A stretch of 64,000 nucleotides of DNA from Antedon mediterranea (lineage: Eukaryota; Animalia; Echinodermata). The notes below the pieces were generated by a model. It was given only the letters and a program-made list of their open reading frames with translations, did no database searches and was not told the origin of the DNA. The stretch covers positions 7,812,001 through 7,876,000 of the forward strand of contig NC_092673.1 of assembly GCF_964355755.1 (NCBI RefSeq), in the 5' to 3' direction. Below, in pieces: positions 48,916 through 62,420 of this stretch (the first letter of the stretch is position 1; every line of letters begins with the position of its first letter). Both the position numbers and the translations under genes were made by a program.

Positions 48916-51566
48916 CATCATAAAACAATCTCTTTACGCGCAGCACTACTGTAGCTCACTGACGTAAGTTGTTCAAGGCTCATAAAGTCGATAAAAAATA
49001 GTTAGGCCAATACAAAAGATATTGGCCTAAGAATAAAACGTATAATTTATTGACTTATAAACGGATATAAGATGTATCTATTTGCAAGTCCGTTCATTTT
49101 AGCAGGGAAAATGAATTTACAACCGACTTTATTACTGGTAGGCTATACGTGCGTGACTTACTATTTTGTAGACTTCTGACGTAAGTAGGCCTTAGTATAT
49201 TTAGCCTTTATGTTTATTGTAATGTAACTGAAAGTTACGAACACAAACTTCACCATTATTCCACTATTAGACGGGCTACCGGTGCTATGATTTGGTTTAC
49301 TACATTTTGTTTTAGGGCTGGCATTAAGAACATGACAAATTACTACATTTGACAATACCAGTAATTATCATAGGACATAGTTACTGAGGGTAAGTCTATC
49401 TTGTGATTCTTAAAATCTCAGTGGACAAATCACAATATGGTTGACGCCTGTTCTCTAACTGCAACGTTATTTTTTGCGTAAGTTCGTATATTAGCCCACC
49501 ATTCAAATACGGAAAGACATGGTATCGGCCTACTAAGGTAAACCCCCATACTCATTGTATATAAGGACATCGTCAATAAAACGTCAATTAAGATTACGAC
49601 CATGATAAATAGAATCCAAAGGTTGTTTGGTTATGCTTAATGAATAGGATAACCTAACACCCTAACAGAAAATCTCTGAAAGGTGTGTGTTTAGGCCCTT
49701 TTGAGTGTTTGTTTCATGTGAACAGATTTTTGGGAGTCAAAGGAAGCGTTTTTAAGTTCTTGGATAATATGGCACGTAGGTTGATAAGCAAAGTAATGAA
49801 CACAGATAAGTCGGCGACTAGGTTCTCGTTACTTAGACATATAGGAATTTTTTATACTAACATTAAAAAGTAAAGTAATTAAAATATGTACAAAAAGATA
49901 AGTTACTCGCGAATTAAGATTAGATAAATAATTGTATTATTTTACAATGTCAGCGGTATGTAGAACGGTACGGTACATCTTCATTCCAGAGGTGGATCGC
50001 GAAGAATTTGAAAACACAGGTGAGGGTGACCATATTATTATAAAATAACTGCGTTTTAGCCCTAATTTACGATTATGAAATGTTTACATTTAGTTAATGT
50101 AAACCTTTCGAACAACTGTTTCTAAATCTCTTCTCCGACGATCACAAAGTTTTGATCTACTCTGTCAATGTAGATTGCACATTATGCGGAAATAGCGAAT
50201 AGAACTAGAAACAATAAGGTAACTTACATTATTAGCAAAAGTTTTTTCTGACACAGATAACTATGTATCGTTGTTATCCTTCTTACTTCTATGCACTACA
50301 TTGGGAAGTATCGTATCCAGAGTATATTAAATATACTCTGGATACTTGGGGCACAATTCGTCTATCATCACTGGCCACTAGTCACATAGGCCTAACCATT
50401 AAACCATATTCGACACCACAGACATTACAATCCGCTGTTTTCTTCCAACTAAATACCCTCTTCTTTTTCAACAACTCAATATATAAAAGCACATGATGTG
50501 ATGTGTCGAACACTAAACTCACTCAGATATTCAGAACTGAAGGTGTTTTTCCTTTTTGTTTTGACGTATTTAAATGTATTTGTCAGAAGCTTTAGCAATG
50601 ATATAATATGAATGTATGTTTATTTGTACTGTATTTAAATTTTTCAATGGAATTTTATTGTTATTAATTTATTTACCTCCGCCAAGGAGGTATATGTAGG
50701 CCTACGGTATCGATCGCGTGTGTCTGTTTGTCTGTTAGTGTTAGCAAGATTATGCCTATACTCAAACAGTTATTGCAAGATCTTTACCAAAATGAATATA
50801 GAGATGAATATGTGGTCAAGGACCACTCTATTACATTTTGGAGGCAATCCAGACCAAGCTCCTAATTCCGAACCAATTTTTAGTATTATTTTCAGACCTG
50901 CTAATGTTAAAAGATAGGAGATAATTTTCAAAAGCTGGCGAGCAGTCTTAAAGTAAACTGAAATGCATTTTATCGAAAACTACTTGTTCCAAAAAACTTC
51001 ATTTTTGTATAAGAGGCAAGAGTTATAATTTGTGATTTGTATATTTAAAACATAATTTGATTTAATGCCCAGGTTTTTCATACGAGTATTTTTTCAAAAA
51101 CCTATTTCATCCGTTTGTTTTTGTCATTGCTGTTCTATTATTAGTCAACTGAAACTATTGTTAGTTGAAAAGCTGGTTACATAACCATTACACCAGATTC
51201 GCATACACATGGTTGTAGTGAACACACATATTAAAAAACAAAATGTTCCGGTGAAATCTTATGTATGCGAATTTAACAGTAGGCGGAGGTATGTACTCTC
51301 TAGTATTAAAATGAACTTAAATGGAATTATATATTTAAAGTATATACGTATTGCAATTTTTTTTCTGCAACGCCATTTGGTCTTGAATCAAATTGAATGA
51401 TGGTATTAATTTGCTAATGTTAGGCTTTTAGTTTGTGCCGTAATAGGCTGCATAATGTACTCAAATATAATATTTTTTGTTTATATCTTTCAGATAATAC
51501 ATGCCTAGAAATACGAAGAAATCGGATTTGTATTTATGAAAATCAAATTATAGCTATCTTATTAAT

Positions 51567-52697
51567 ATGACGACCGCGTATACAATGAATCGATACAACA
51601 AAGAGTCGGATATTTCCTCTAGCATCTTTAGAAACCAAGACAAAGCGAAAACAAAAAATTCGTTTGCTAATCGAAATTTGCAGAATGATTTAGACAGAGA
51701 GCGAGGAATAGAAAAAATGCACTTAGATACAATTCGTAGAGAACAGATGTTGCTTCAAAAAGAGCTCCAAAAAGTACGAACGAAAGGACAATATATGAAT
51801 GGAAATCGGGCAATCGTTCGTCGCTCGCAGCATCATCGGTTTGGTCGTTATACGCATGGAAGACGTGCCGCCGGTAAGCCTCAAGATGCAGACAATGATA
51901 ATATGTCGGAAGAACTTGTTACAACCACGGACTCTTCATTGCCATCTATTCATTTCAATTCAAGGCAATTATCACAAAAATCAACACCCCTGCAGAGGGA
52001 ATATGACCAAAAGATGCAACTTATTAAAAAAGAAAGTAGCCGCGAGCAGACAATTAGCCAACGGCGATTAAAAGAAATGTCACGGAAGCAACAGAAGTTA
52101 GTAGCTCGTGTCGCAGATTTGACAGAAGGTCTGAAAAACACCACGACTTCTAGCAATGCACCTTCTACTTATAAAGGAATATCAAACAATCATGATAGTA
52201 AACGAAGAATGTCACATCAGGAAAAAGTCTCAAACAACTTGAAGACATTACCGTCGATTTTTAGTGTACCCATTCCTAATAACACAGCCACTTCTCCATA
52301 TTCTTCACGGAGAAATGACGCATCACCGTTGGTAAATGAACCTTCTCGAGCACCAATAGACAATGCTGCGCATACTAATAACGGTGTTACTGAGAATACT
52401 CAGACCAATTTAAACATCATGTCCGAACCGCATAATAATATTCAGAACACAAATGTAGCGGACATAGTAGCCAATCCAACCTTATGGTTTGATCAAAATA
52501 AATATGCTCCCGATGGCGGTTTACGAACCATTCACCTGTTGCCAAATTCTGACGATACTTTTCATGAGGCTAAAAAAGCGCGTTATTTGCGATGGAAGGA
52601 CCCGCAGACGATTAACAAAGAACTTTCAGTTACCGAAGTTTTTTCTCCTAAAAAGAAAACTAGGCGACAGTCTAACATCCATGCTATACATGAATAG
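51567..52697 (+). CDS. CCDC190-like coiled-coil protein, single coding exon (376 aa)
   Basis: Long clean ORF preceded by an acceptor (atctttcag ending at 51493). It has an N-terminal coiled coil. The C-terminal 'YAPDGGLRTIHLLP...FHEAKKARYLRW...ELSVTEVF' resembles the conserved tail of the CCDC190 family, recognised from memory. Confidence 0.65.
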   Translation: MTTAYTMNRYNKESDISSSIFRNQDKAKTKNSFANRNLQNDLDRERGIEKMHLDTIRREQMLLQKELQKVRTKGQYMNGNRAIVRRSQHHRFGRYTHGRRAAGKPQDADNDNMSEELVTTTDSSLPSIHFNSRQLSQKSTPLQREYDQKMQLIKKESSREQTISQRRLKEMSRKQQKLVARVADLTEGLKNTTTSSNAPSTYKGISNNHDSKRRMSHQEKVSNNLKTLPSIFSVPIPNNTATSPYSSRRNDASPLVNEPSRAPIDNAAHTNNGVTENTQTNLNIMSEPHNNIQNTNVADIVANPTLWFDQNKYAPDGGLRTIHLLPNSDDTFHEAKKARYLRWKDPQTINKELSVTEVFSPKKKTRRQSNIHAIHE

Positions 52698-53649
52698 TAG
52701 GATGGTAAACAGTGACCATGGACCTCAACTCATCTGACGGCGGTCAACATTTTCTTTTGAGTATACCTAATTTTGAAATTAACGACGAAGACTTACTTTA
52801 TATTACGTAAATGAGAAAGAAAACAGAGAATTCTGTGCTCTCTGTTAATTGTATCGATTTGGGCAATAGGCAGGTTTATTTTAACCACTGGGACAATATG
52901 TAAACACGCGATCATATCAATCCAAATTTCAGTAAGATTATGGTTGGGAGTTGGAACGCATGCAGTTTGTTAGAAAAATAGGCTTTTTACAGGCAATTTA
53001 ATTGAGATCTGGTTTTCCGCTAACCGTTACCGCTCGTCTGTGTAAATTGTCCTTCAGCGTAAAAAAAATGCAATGGGTGGACATTATTGAACTTTGTGCT
53101 ATTTAAAAAATGCATATATATGTTCTATTATTATAAGACAGATTATTCGGCATGATATACGTGTGCTGCAGAATTATCAAAATAGTAAATAAAAAATATG
53201 TAGAATAAATTGTGTCAAGGGAGTTATATTTGTTTTTTTCATGTTTACAATAAATAGCGCTATTTCTATTCTTTATTCTCGATTGTTAAAAAACAAACGA
53301 AATGCAACAAAATTGATACATGATCAAAGATTTCTCTATGAATCTTGATAAGCTTTATAACTCGTTTGGATATAAGCTTATTGCAACCATGAATTAATCC
53401 ATGTTGCAACTGATTTGTAAAGCTTGATTCCAGATTCAGATTTATTTGGTCTTTGCGGAAATTCATGACAGACACAATCACTCCATAACATTACAATAAC
53501 AGACAAAATATATACAAGTAAAATAAATATAAACAAGTAAAGACTTGTAATAAAGATACACTATACAAAATAAACTACAAGATTATTCAACAGTATTTGT
53601 CATTGAAAGCACGGATGGAAAAATGGACGAATGAATGTAGATATCTGTT

Positions 53650-53995
53650 GCTAGTTAGTTCTACGTAGTCGCTTTCCTGACCTTAACCATACATAATCTT
53701 GGTGTATTGTTTATCATTTAGTATAATGCACCTTGTCTTTTCTAGGATTCTTGCGGTACATGTTATTACATCAATTGAGGTACTTTCCTTAATAATTCGA
53801 CAGGCCTTTTTAACAATTGCTATCAGTTTTCCAACATCCTATTTTCTTAAACTACTAAACCATACAATAGAACAAAAAGGATCTCACTTTTAACAACGAA
53901 AGAATAAAAAAGCTTCATGATTGTTGGATTAACATGGAAATGATTAAGCCTTCTAAGGAAATACAGTCGTGTAAGACATTTAGCAACGCAACGAT
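53650..53995 (-). mobile_element. Rex1/L2-like LINE 3' remnant
   Basis: KCLTRLYFLRRLNHFHVNPTIMKLFYSFVVKSEIL thumb-like motif. Confidence 0.6.
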
Positions 53996-56439
53996 GACGC
54001 GATGAATATCCAATATTGTTGGCTCTTTCAGGTATGGTAAGTAACCGGTCACTCACTTGAGACGCTAAACCAACTTGGAAGTCTAAGTCTAGAACTAATT
54101 TACAAATGTTGATATGAGTAATTGTAATAACTTCGAGATGAAAAAATAATAAAAGCAAATGAGCTTGAATAAAATCTGCAAAAATGATTCATGCCCGAAA
54201 GATATTTTTATTTTTTTGAAAGTGACATACCACAGACATTGCAATCAATTACACAAAGTAATCAATAGTTGCAATAAACTCTATTAAGTATTGTTGTATC
54301 TTCCGATTATAGAATAATAGAGATCAGTGGTGGTATGTAAAATCTACTGCATTGTAATTGTCGGTAATTATGGGGGTTGGATAGGCCTACATGGATGTTC
54401 CGTTGATTAGAAAACAAAAGCGTTTTAAATCCTAAAGTTCGGCCCGAACTAAGTTGTTGAGCTGATGTTTAAGCTCGCCCTATTTCAAATTCTGGTTCAA
54501 GAAGGTGAGAGATCTAACGATTGGCGCATTGTTCTACCACGCGGGGAGTTGAGAATCTGCCTCGAGTGAGACAAGACGTGTCTTGGCAGAAAGAGAAAAC
54601 CTGTTTTAGGACGAGAACTTCCTGATTGCTTGATGAGATCGCTGGAGACATCTCGAATGTTTTACACATATATTTGCGAGTTATAACTCATAAAGTTGTT
54701 TTCCAAATAAACGTTCTAATAACGTACACAGTCTATGGTTCATCCTTGGCGTTTGTGTTTGACTCACAACATTAGATATTTTAGCATAATTTTTTGGATT
54801 TTATATTTGTTTAGTAATTTCCATATGTTTTACTGCAAGTAATCCGGTTCTATGGTCAAGTATACTGTTATCCATTTTATTGTCTGGAAAGTTGGGTTTT
54901 GTAAACATAATGTGCAGTATACAAAGGGCTTATCACTACAGTAAATACTTGCAGATAAATGCCGATATTATTGGTTATGACATTTGGTATACCTGCTTTG
55001 TCACGTACAAGTATTGTTGTACAGTATAAGAAACACTACATGAAGTTTTAACTTCAGTTGCTTAGATTTGTATCGAGCACATTTGTTTAGCACACAGATT
55101 ATAATTATTGTGGCGCTATAGTATGGTTGCTTACTACCAGCGTAGAGATGAGATGATTATCGGAATATGCACCAAAATTAAAGACCAGATCCTTAGTGCC
55201 TTATATATGGGGATAGTTTTTCACGGTCTTATTGCCGGTGGCCGGTTATTAACAGGACAATTTAAGAGATCGCTAAAAACGCGATTCTCGTCAGTAAATT
55301 TACGGTAAATCTGCCTTAGCGCCATTACACCCACGGTTACCATCTTTATTGTTTGATTGTTGATGGCCGGAGGTTATTATTATTAATTTGAATATATCAG
55401 AGGGAACCATTGAAGAATTAAGATCATAATTAAGATCATTATTTAGATAGGTTTTCAAAGTTGTATTATCAGACAATAGACAAAGTTTGTGTTTCCGGGA
55501 CAACCGGTAAAAAATGGTTAGCCAAAAAGTTTGTCCAAACATTGAAACATCTAGAAATGATGCTCATACTAGATTTGTTTCTGCTGTGCTATCACTCCTC
55601 TTGAGTACAATTCAACTAAGCAAACTGCAAAGTTAATCAGAAAACATCCATTTTCTCGATTGATGCTTAGATCATAGATATATTATAATATCTCTATGGT
55701 TAGATTGATCTATATGAATCGGTGAGAGAAGTTAGATAATGAGATGCAAAAGTCTAGATCTACACATAGTGTTAACAAAGTTCTGTAATTTCTGAGTGAG
55801 AGATAACAGGTGGATAAAGTGGATAATGTAATCGAAAATAAATTTAGACCACTACTAATTAAAAGTAGGAAGTCAACTTTGCTTAATACATGTAGATCAA
55901 ATTCGAATAAGGTACTCAGAGACATGTGTGGAAGACAACGTTGAAGACCAAGAAGTATAATTACGTTACATTTGTAATAACGTTAGATTCAACGGCACAC
56001 GACGATATCAATTGACAATTTGCTGGCTGAGGTTACTCGTGACAAAATGAGTTTCAAGTCTGACAATATTTAAGTATCTCATCGAATTTAAGTGCTATTA
56101 CTGACAAGCCAATAATTGTTCGATTTCAATCAGGCTGTGTAACAATGTGCTTGCATCCAAACTGGATGCCAATTTTTAAAATCAAATGTCATTCACTTCT
56201 GGAAGGAGAGACATTATGATGGAGTTCAACGTGCATGGACTAACACATGCAAGATAGGGTATTAAGCATAAAAGGAAGTTTGATTGAATATGCCTGTCCA
56301 CTCTGGTTTACAGGGACTTCTAGTTTCAAAACATTTATTTACAGACTCTGACATAAAGGATAATTAGGTAAAATGCAATAAAATAATTATACAAGGCAAC
56401 AACTTATTGAAAAAAAAAGAGCTATGCAATGTATCCTCT

Positions 56440-57150
56440 TTGGATTGTTACATGAAGAGGCTCTCCCATCTCTTCGATGTTGTTCGCTTAAAGATCGACT
56501 ATTGCATCTCCTTCTGTTCCCATCCTTGTTCAATCTCTACTCAGAACAGATATATATACATCTGAAAGGTGTAAATATAGGAGGCGTGAATATCAATAAC
56601 CTCAGACATGCAGACGATACGGTCCTCTTTGCAAGTAGTGAGAATGATTTGCAGAGATGAAATAGAGTGGGCAAAGAGTATGGCACAAAGATCAATGCCA
56701 AAAAGACTAAGATAGGCATTGCAAAATCAACTCTTTCTGATAAGCTCTGATGCGACACCTGGACTCTCTAGCAACCTGTCTCAGACAGAATGGAAGCATT
56801 TGAGATGTGGTGCTATATAGAAGATTGTTAAAAATAACATGGTAAAGGATGATCTCGAATAGAAATGTATTGTTGAAAAAGAAAGAGTTATTTCTTATTA
56901 TGAAAAGAAAGAGTATACGATTCTACAGACATATGATAAGGCTGAAAATGTTGCAGCGACCCCTTCTTGAGAGACAAATAGAAGGTAAAAGAGAAAGAGA
57001 CAGACCTAGTAGGAAATGGACTGATGATCTCAAAGAATGGAGCAACACCAAAAGTTATGACAAATGTGTGAGGCAAGCATTGGATAGAGATGGCTGCCGA
57101 AGCATGAACTCTAACCTACTCCAACCATGAATATGGAACTAATACTAATA
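56440..57150 (+). mobile_element. Degenerate RTE LINE fragment
   Basis: PSLFNLYSE, GVNIGGVNINNLRHADDTVL, EAFEMWCY, IEGKRERDRP. Confidence 0.85.
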
Positions 57151-57442
57151 GGCAATGCAATTTTATTTAAATGTCATTTTGTTCTTTGTTGTACGTCCTC
57201 CATCTTAATATTGTATTTGTTTTTTTGTGTGATTATGATTAAAATAAAGATTGATTGAATGATGACAGACGGCAATCTATTGTGACAACTCTTTTAAAAG
57301 ACCTTGTATTCACCCACGTATACTGGTGTCTCTACTTCATCAGGAAAATGAAATATATACTGTATACTGTATATACAAAACCACCATACCCTAAAAATAT
57401 AATATGGAAAATCAAATTTACACTTTTTAAATAGATTCTCAT

Positions 57443-60400
57443 TCATGATTCTGTTTTTGATTTCTTTGATTCAGGTTCTTCTGTGTCTTTACTGACTGTA
57501 GACTCCTTAGTCAGAAAGGCTGCAAGTTTTGTCAGTGCTTTACTTCGATGAGATATCGAGTTCTTGACAGCATCAGTCATCTCTGCATAACTGTTAAACA
57601 AAATAAAATAAAATCTTATCAACAAATTGGAATGAGTTCCCAATATGAGTAGAATATGGAGAGAAGTCCAGGCTTTAAATTTCATATTTAAATAATTATT
57701 TGAGTTTTTGTAATTAATTCATATTTATTGCAAGGTCTTTCTTTTTTTGGCTTTATTATTATTTTAATTACTTATTGTTGGCATGAGCTTTGCATAATGA
57801 ACATATAATACCCGAAATCTTTCATTTGTAAACATATTGACTACACTCTTATCGCGGCTACATTCGGTCATCAAATCATTGATGATAATACTAAATGGTT
57901 CCATCGTTTCTATCGAATCCCTATAAAAATTGAATATTGTTAATAGACCCACTAAGTTCAGTGGAAAGTGGTTAATATTCTCCATAACCCCACATTATAT
58001 CATCGAACCGTTTATCAAAATAATTGTATTCCGATAATTGTTGAATGAAAAATGATTTTCCCGAGGTCAGCCCGCTAATTACAGTGGTGAAGGGGGTTAC
58101 TAGCACACTCATCTTTACATTTATAATGGATTTCTTAATCATCATAGCAAACATCAACACTACGCACATCTTTTGTTGTTGTCTACGTTAACATTAAGAA
58201 ACCGACCAGATTTAAGCAAATATGTGGACAAAAAAATTTTAATATTTAATTTCCAGACTGGTTTCCCCCATATTCTACTATAATTGACACAAAATATTTT
58301 GACGTAAACAAAACCATTAAAAAAAAAATGTTTAACACGTAGCAACATGAATAATTAGTATAGTTTACAAATCAAAACATTGGTAACTTACGTTTCATCA
58401 AATCCATCAGGTTGAAAACATGGATCCCATCCAAATGTTGTCTTGCCTCTTGGTTCTACAATTTTACCCTGAGGAATATACAATAGAAATCCTGTAAACT
58501 GGAATATGAATACCCCATTTATTTGAGGGTTTTTAGGGGCCGTTTATTTGAGGGAGGCGTTTATTTTTTGGGATGTAACATTGTTGTATAATCAAATAAA
58601 TACCCAGGGCTATATGAAAAAAACACAATTAATATCAAGAAGTGATAAAATACATCAAAATGCTTTGTAAATTGTAGATCATGCCAAACAATGAATTCTA
58701 CTAAAAATAGAAATGTGTTGTAATAAAATATTGTGTGTATGCATGTGGTGGGGCCTTTATTTGAGGAAAACGTTTATTATTTATTCCAAATAATGTTCTA
58801 TGGGGGCATTTATTGGAGGGAGGCATTCATCAAAGCTGGGCGTTTATACAATAAATACGGTATGCATCAAAGCAAATGCCTATTAAAATATCTAGTACTG
58901 AACTCTTGACCTCCATGACCCCCCTAAACCAATGAATCTAGAAACTTTTATTCTTCATGGACATGTCCCATCCCCTGATAGGAATATCATGTACAAACAG
59001 TAATTTTTCAATCAACTTACCGGGGTTTTACCATGAAACAATTGAACTTCTTCACCTGGTCCAGAACAATATGCAAATGTACATAATGCATATGCAGATT
59101 TATCTTCCCATCCAGTAAGCATACGATGAAGTCCTTGGTAGATAAAGAAAGTAACTCCCTAAAAGTTAGTATGTTTAAATAATAAAATATGCTGTATTGT
59201 ATATTAATACAATGAACGAAAATAAAAGTGATAATTATAAAGGGTTTGTTCAGACTTATGGAAGTATGTTTAAAGTTTATTGGCATCAACCACAAAAGAT
59301 TAGTGTAAACCACCTACAACACTGATGTTTAGTTTTTATTCAAAAGCTGCAACATCTGAACATACCTAAAAAATATACTACCTGGAATAAAAGCTTATCT
59401 TTCTTTCTATAATTATTTCACATGTTCTTAAAAATAACAAGACATGTTCTGTGCTTGACATTAGGGTGCCATTTGCTAATAAAAGTCCATCCAAACGCTA
59501 CCCCAGAAAAAGGGTCAATTACACACACTGAAATTAAAAAAACTATTATATTACACAATAAGGATGGCTTACCTTCTGGACCTAATTTTTCTAAAAACCA
59601 TTTTCTGAAAACAATGTAACATATGTATGACTTAAATTTAAAAATTCTGTACTGTACTTGTAATAAGCATTACCATTGTGATCAACAAAGATGCTTTTTA
59701 TATTTAAAACTTAGGTACAGGCATGAATTTGTCAATAAATCAAATATGTATAAACATGAATTTCCCTTAAAATGGTTAAATAAAAAATTTGGCAAAATTC
59801 AGACATACTTTTTTTCAGTAGTTAGGTAGTTTAACCTAAGGTATTACATGTCTGGTGACTCCCTAGAAAGGGGAAAAAAGATGGTGGGTATAAGGTGGAT
59901 AATTGTTTTTTAGATTTGATTGTGTAATTTCTCCCCATGGTTATAAGTGCTAATTTTCAAAAAGCTTAATAACATAAATAAAACCTTAAAATTATGAAAC
60001 ATGTAATAAGCATTACCATTGTATCAACAAAGATGCTTTTTAGATTTAAAGCTCAGGTACAGCCATCAATTTTAAAAATAATAAATATAAAAAATTATGA
60101 AACACATGGGAAACTATAGATTAATAATTGGAATGCATGATCAAGATGGGACAGTTAACTGGTTTTGGGGGGAAATTTCCTAAACAATTTTAATTTTAAA
60201 ATACTTACATATATGGACCCGGCAAACCACCAAGAGCATTGAAACATAAACAAGTGTCCTCAACAATCAGTGACCCTTTCACCTATAAAAAACAAATCAA
60301 ATAAATACTATAGTATATTTTTATTTTCCAATGTTTTTATTTCTGGCCAGTATCGCTTCAGAAACTCTAATTTGTAAATGCTTGATCTCTATTGCACATG

Positions 60401-62420
60401 CGTACAATAAATAATTTTGGTTCTGGTTTGGGCAACTTATTTCATTATCGCAAATATTGTCATGTTTCAAAATAATATAAGATTTGTTACCTCTTTTGTT
60501 GCCTCTTTGCACTTGTTAATGCATATATCATCTGGTTCTCCTTGAAACTCTGGCACTGGAAAAAGCAAATATCAGATACGGTAAATAATAAAATCATCAA
60601 CAGTCTTGTTTCATTTATATACTGTACCTGGGCATATTTTACAATTGTGATTTTAAAGATCAATATATTTTTCTTTATTTCATCATACACATCCAACAGC
60701 GAGTAACCCACTAATTACAGGATGGATAAACTACTTATTTAATAATTTATCGTGCTTATAAAAGTAAGTCTCATTTATAAAGGCTTAGGAGTGGAGTTGA
60801 AAGAGTCTGAACCTCGGGGTTGGAAGGCAAGCATTAACCATCAAACTACAGCTCAGCTACAGCTCCATTACAAATCTAACAAATTGAGGGGTTCTAATAT
60901 ACCGGTAATCTACAAAGTACACTATCCATCTCTTTACCATTTTATTTTCATTCATGAAATCACAAAAATAAAATTGATAAAACGAATATGTGGTAACTTA
61001 CAGTCAATTTTCTGTGATACAACTTGTATTTGTTCACCTAAAATAGCTTTAACCTTTTTATGCCAAAAAAAAGAAAAAAAACGTGACCTTATATTTCAGA
61101 AACTAAGTCAGATTTTCATTATTATATCTTTAATTGTAATATTTACTTTTGAATATACATTGTTATCCCTAAAATAATATACATAGAAAGAGCTTCTATC
61201 TATAATAGGCTAGGCCTATTAAAAAGAAACGAGCACCGGCGAAAGTTAGCATTTGGCGTTTCATAGAAAATAACGTTTTTCTGGCGGCGGCTCGCAATTT
61301 GTTTTTTCGTACATAAGTTGGGGACCTCTCATGAAACGTCACAAAATAAACATGAATAATTCATCAGTTAAATTTGTTGTTCCGTGTGCACCCAAGCGTA
61401 TTTAGCAACAAGTGATTACAACTGCAATACGATTCTTTCTAGGCCTAGGATTCTAGGTCAATTCATGTGATTGCCTTCGCGCACTCTTCTTCACACACAC
61501 CACTATGCAAAATGTGGCAAGACACATTCAACTAAGTAGTAATTGGACATAGCTCAAAAAAACCCACGAGAATAAAGAATGTGTAAAATTTTTGTACTGT
61601 ATTTTTTAAATAATGCATTTACTCAAAGGAACTTTAAAAATGCGCATATATAAACACATGAGATGGAATAAAAAATGTATTTTAGTGTAATGTAATTGTT
61701 TAATTTTGCTGACTTATTACTCGGACTGTGTCATACCTAACACACACACACGGAATACTAGAATAGACATGGGCTTTAGAGACCAATAATTAGGCCTAAT
61801 AAATAGTATTAATAGAAACTATAATTTTAACACGCGTTATTCTTTAGTAATAAATTCTATCAAAAAACACCATTAATACTACTAAAGGCTGATTATTTTG
61901 ACAATCCACACAAAACGCCGCTATTCTTTTATGAAATCGCATGCCGCAACCCACAGCGGAGAGGATAGGCCTAGAATTGTATCGCAGTTGTGTAATCACT
62001 TCTTGTTGCTATACGCTTGGGTGCACACGAAACAAGAACATTTAACTGATGAATTATTCATGTTTATTTTGTGACTTTCACGAGGGGTACCCAACTTATG
62101 TACGAAAAAAAAAATCGCCGGCGGCTCAACTTGGCCTAATCCATAGGAAGGAGATAGTAGGCTATCGAGGCCTAGGTGAGGCTAGCTCTGGCCTTGCTAG
62201 GCCCAGGCCCACTAGCAGGCTAGGCCTAGCCCTCTAGGAGCTACCCACCTAGGCTATAGTTCTTCAAGTCTGAAGTTTGCACTAAATTGGAAGAAAAAGA
62301 AAGGGCTAAATAACCCTAGGCTAATTATTTATTAAATATTGCTATAATATACAGTGTTACCTCTCTTAATTTATTGACATTTCCTGTAACAAATATTAAT
62401 TTTCTAATCTCTTTCGACAT
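57443..62420 (-). CDS. ITPA: Inosine triphosphate pyrophosphatase (Ham1 family), spliced, 206 aa
   Basis: Exons on the minus strand: 62361-62420, 61002-61053, 60491-60555, 60209-60282, 59573-59604, 59021-59133, 58392-58468, 57443-57590 (621 nt). Motifs: [66 protein letters not shown]. Confidence 0.97.
57820..58112 (-). pseudogene. Relic of a Polinton/Maverick (adintovirus-type) packaging ATPase in the last ITPA intron
   Basis: [26 protein letters not shown] (degenerate Walker A), [10 protein letters not shown], and SIIINDLM...KSVVNMFT (Walker B region), with frameshifts. Confidence 0.6.
61231..62127. mobile_element. MITE with long (about 150-200 bp) imperfect TIRs and GAG...CTC ends (possibly Sola) in ITPA intron 1
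   Basis: ttttcgtacataagttggg...gtcacaaaataaacatgaataattcatcagttaaat...gtgtgcacccaagcgtat is inverted at about 61970-62127. Confidence 0.75.

Noticed and set aside
60752-61177. 141-aa + strand ORF
   Set aside because: Antisense to ITPA exon 2 and flanking intron; low-information composition and no motif.
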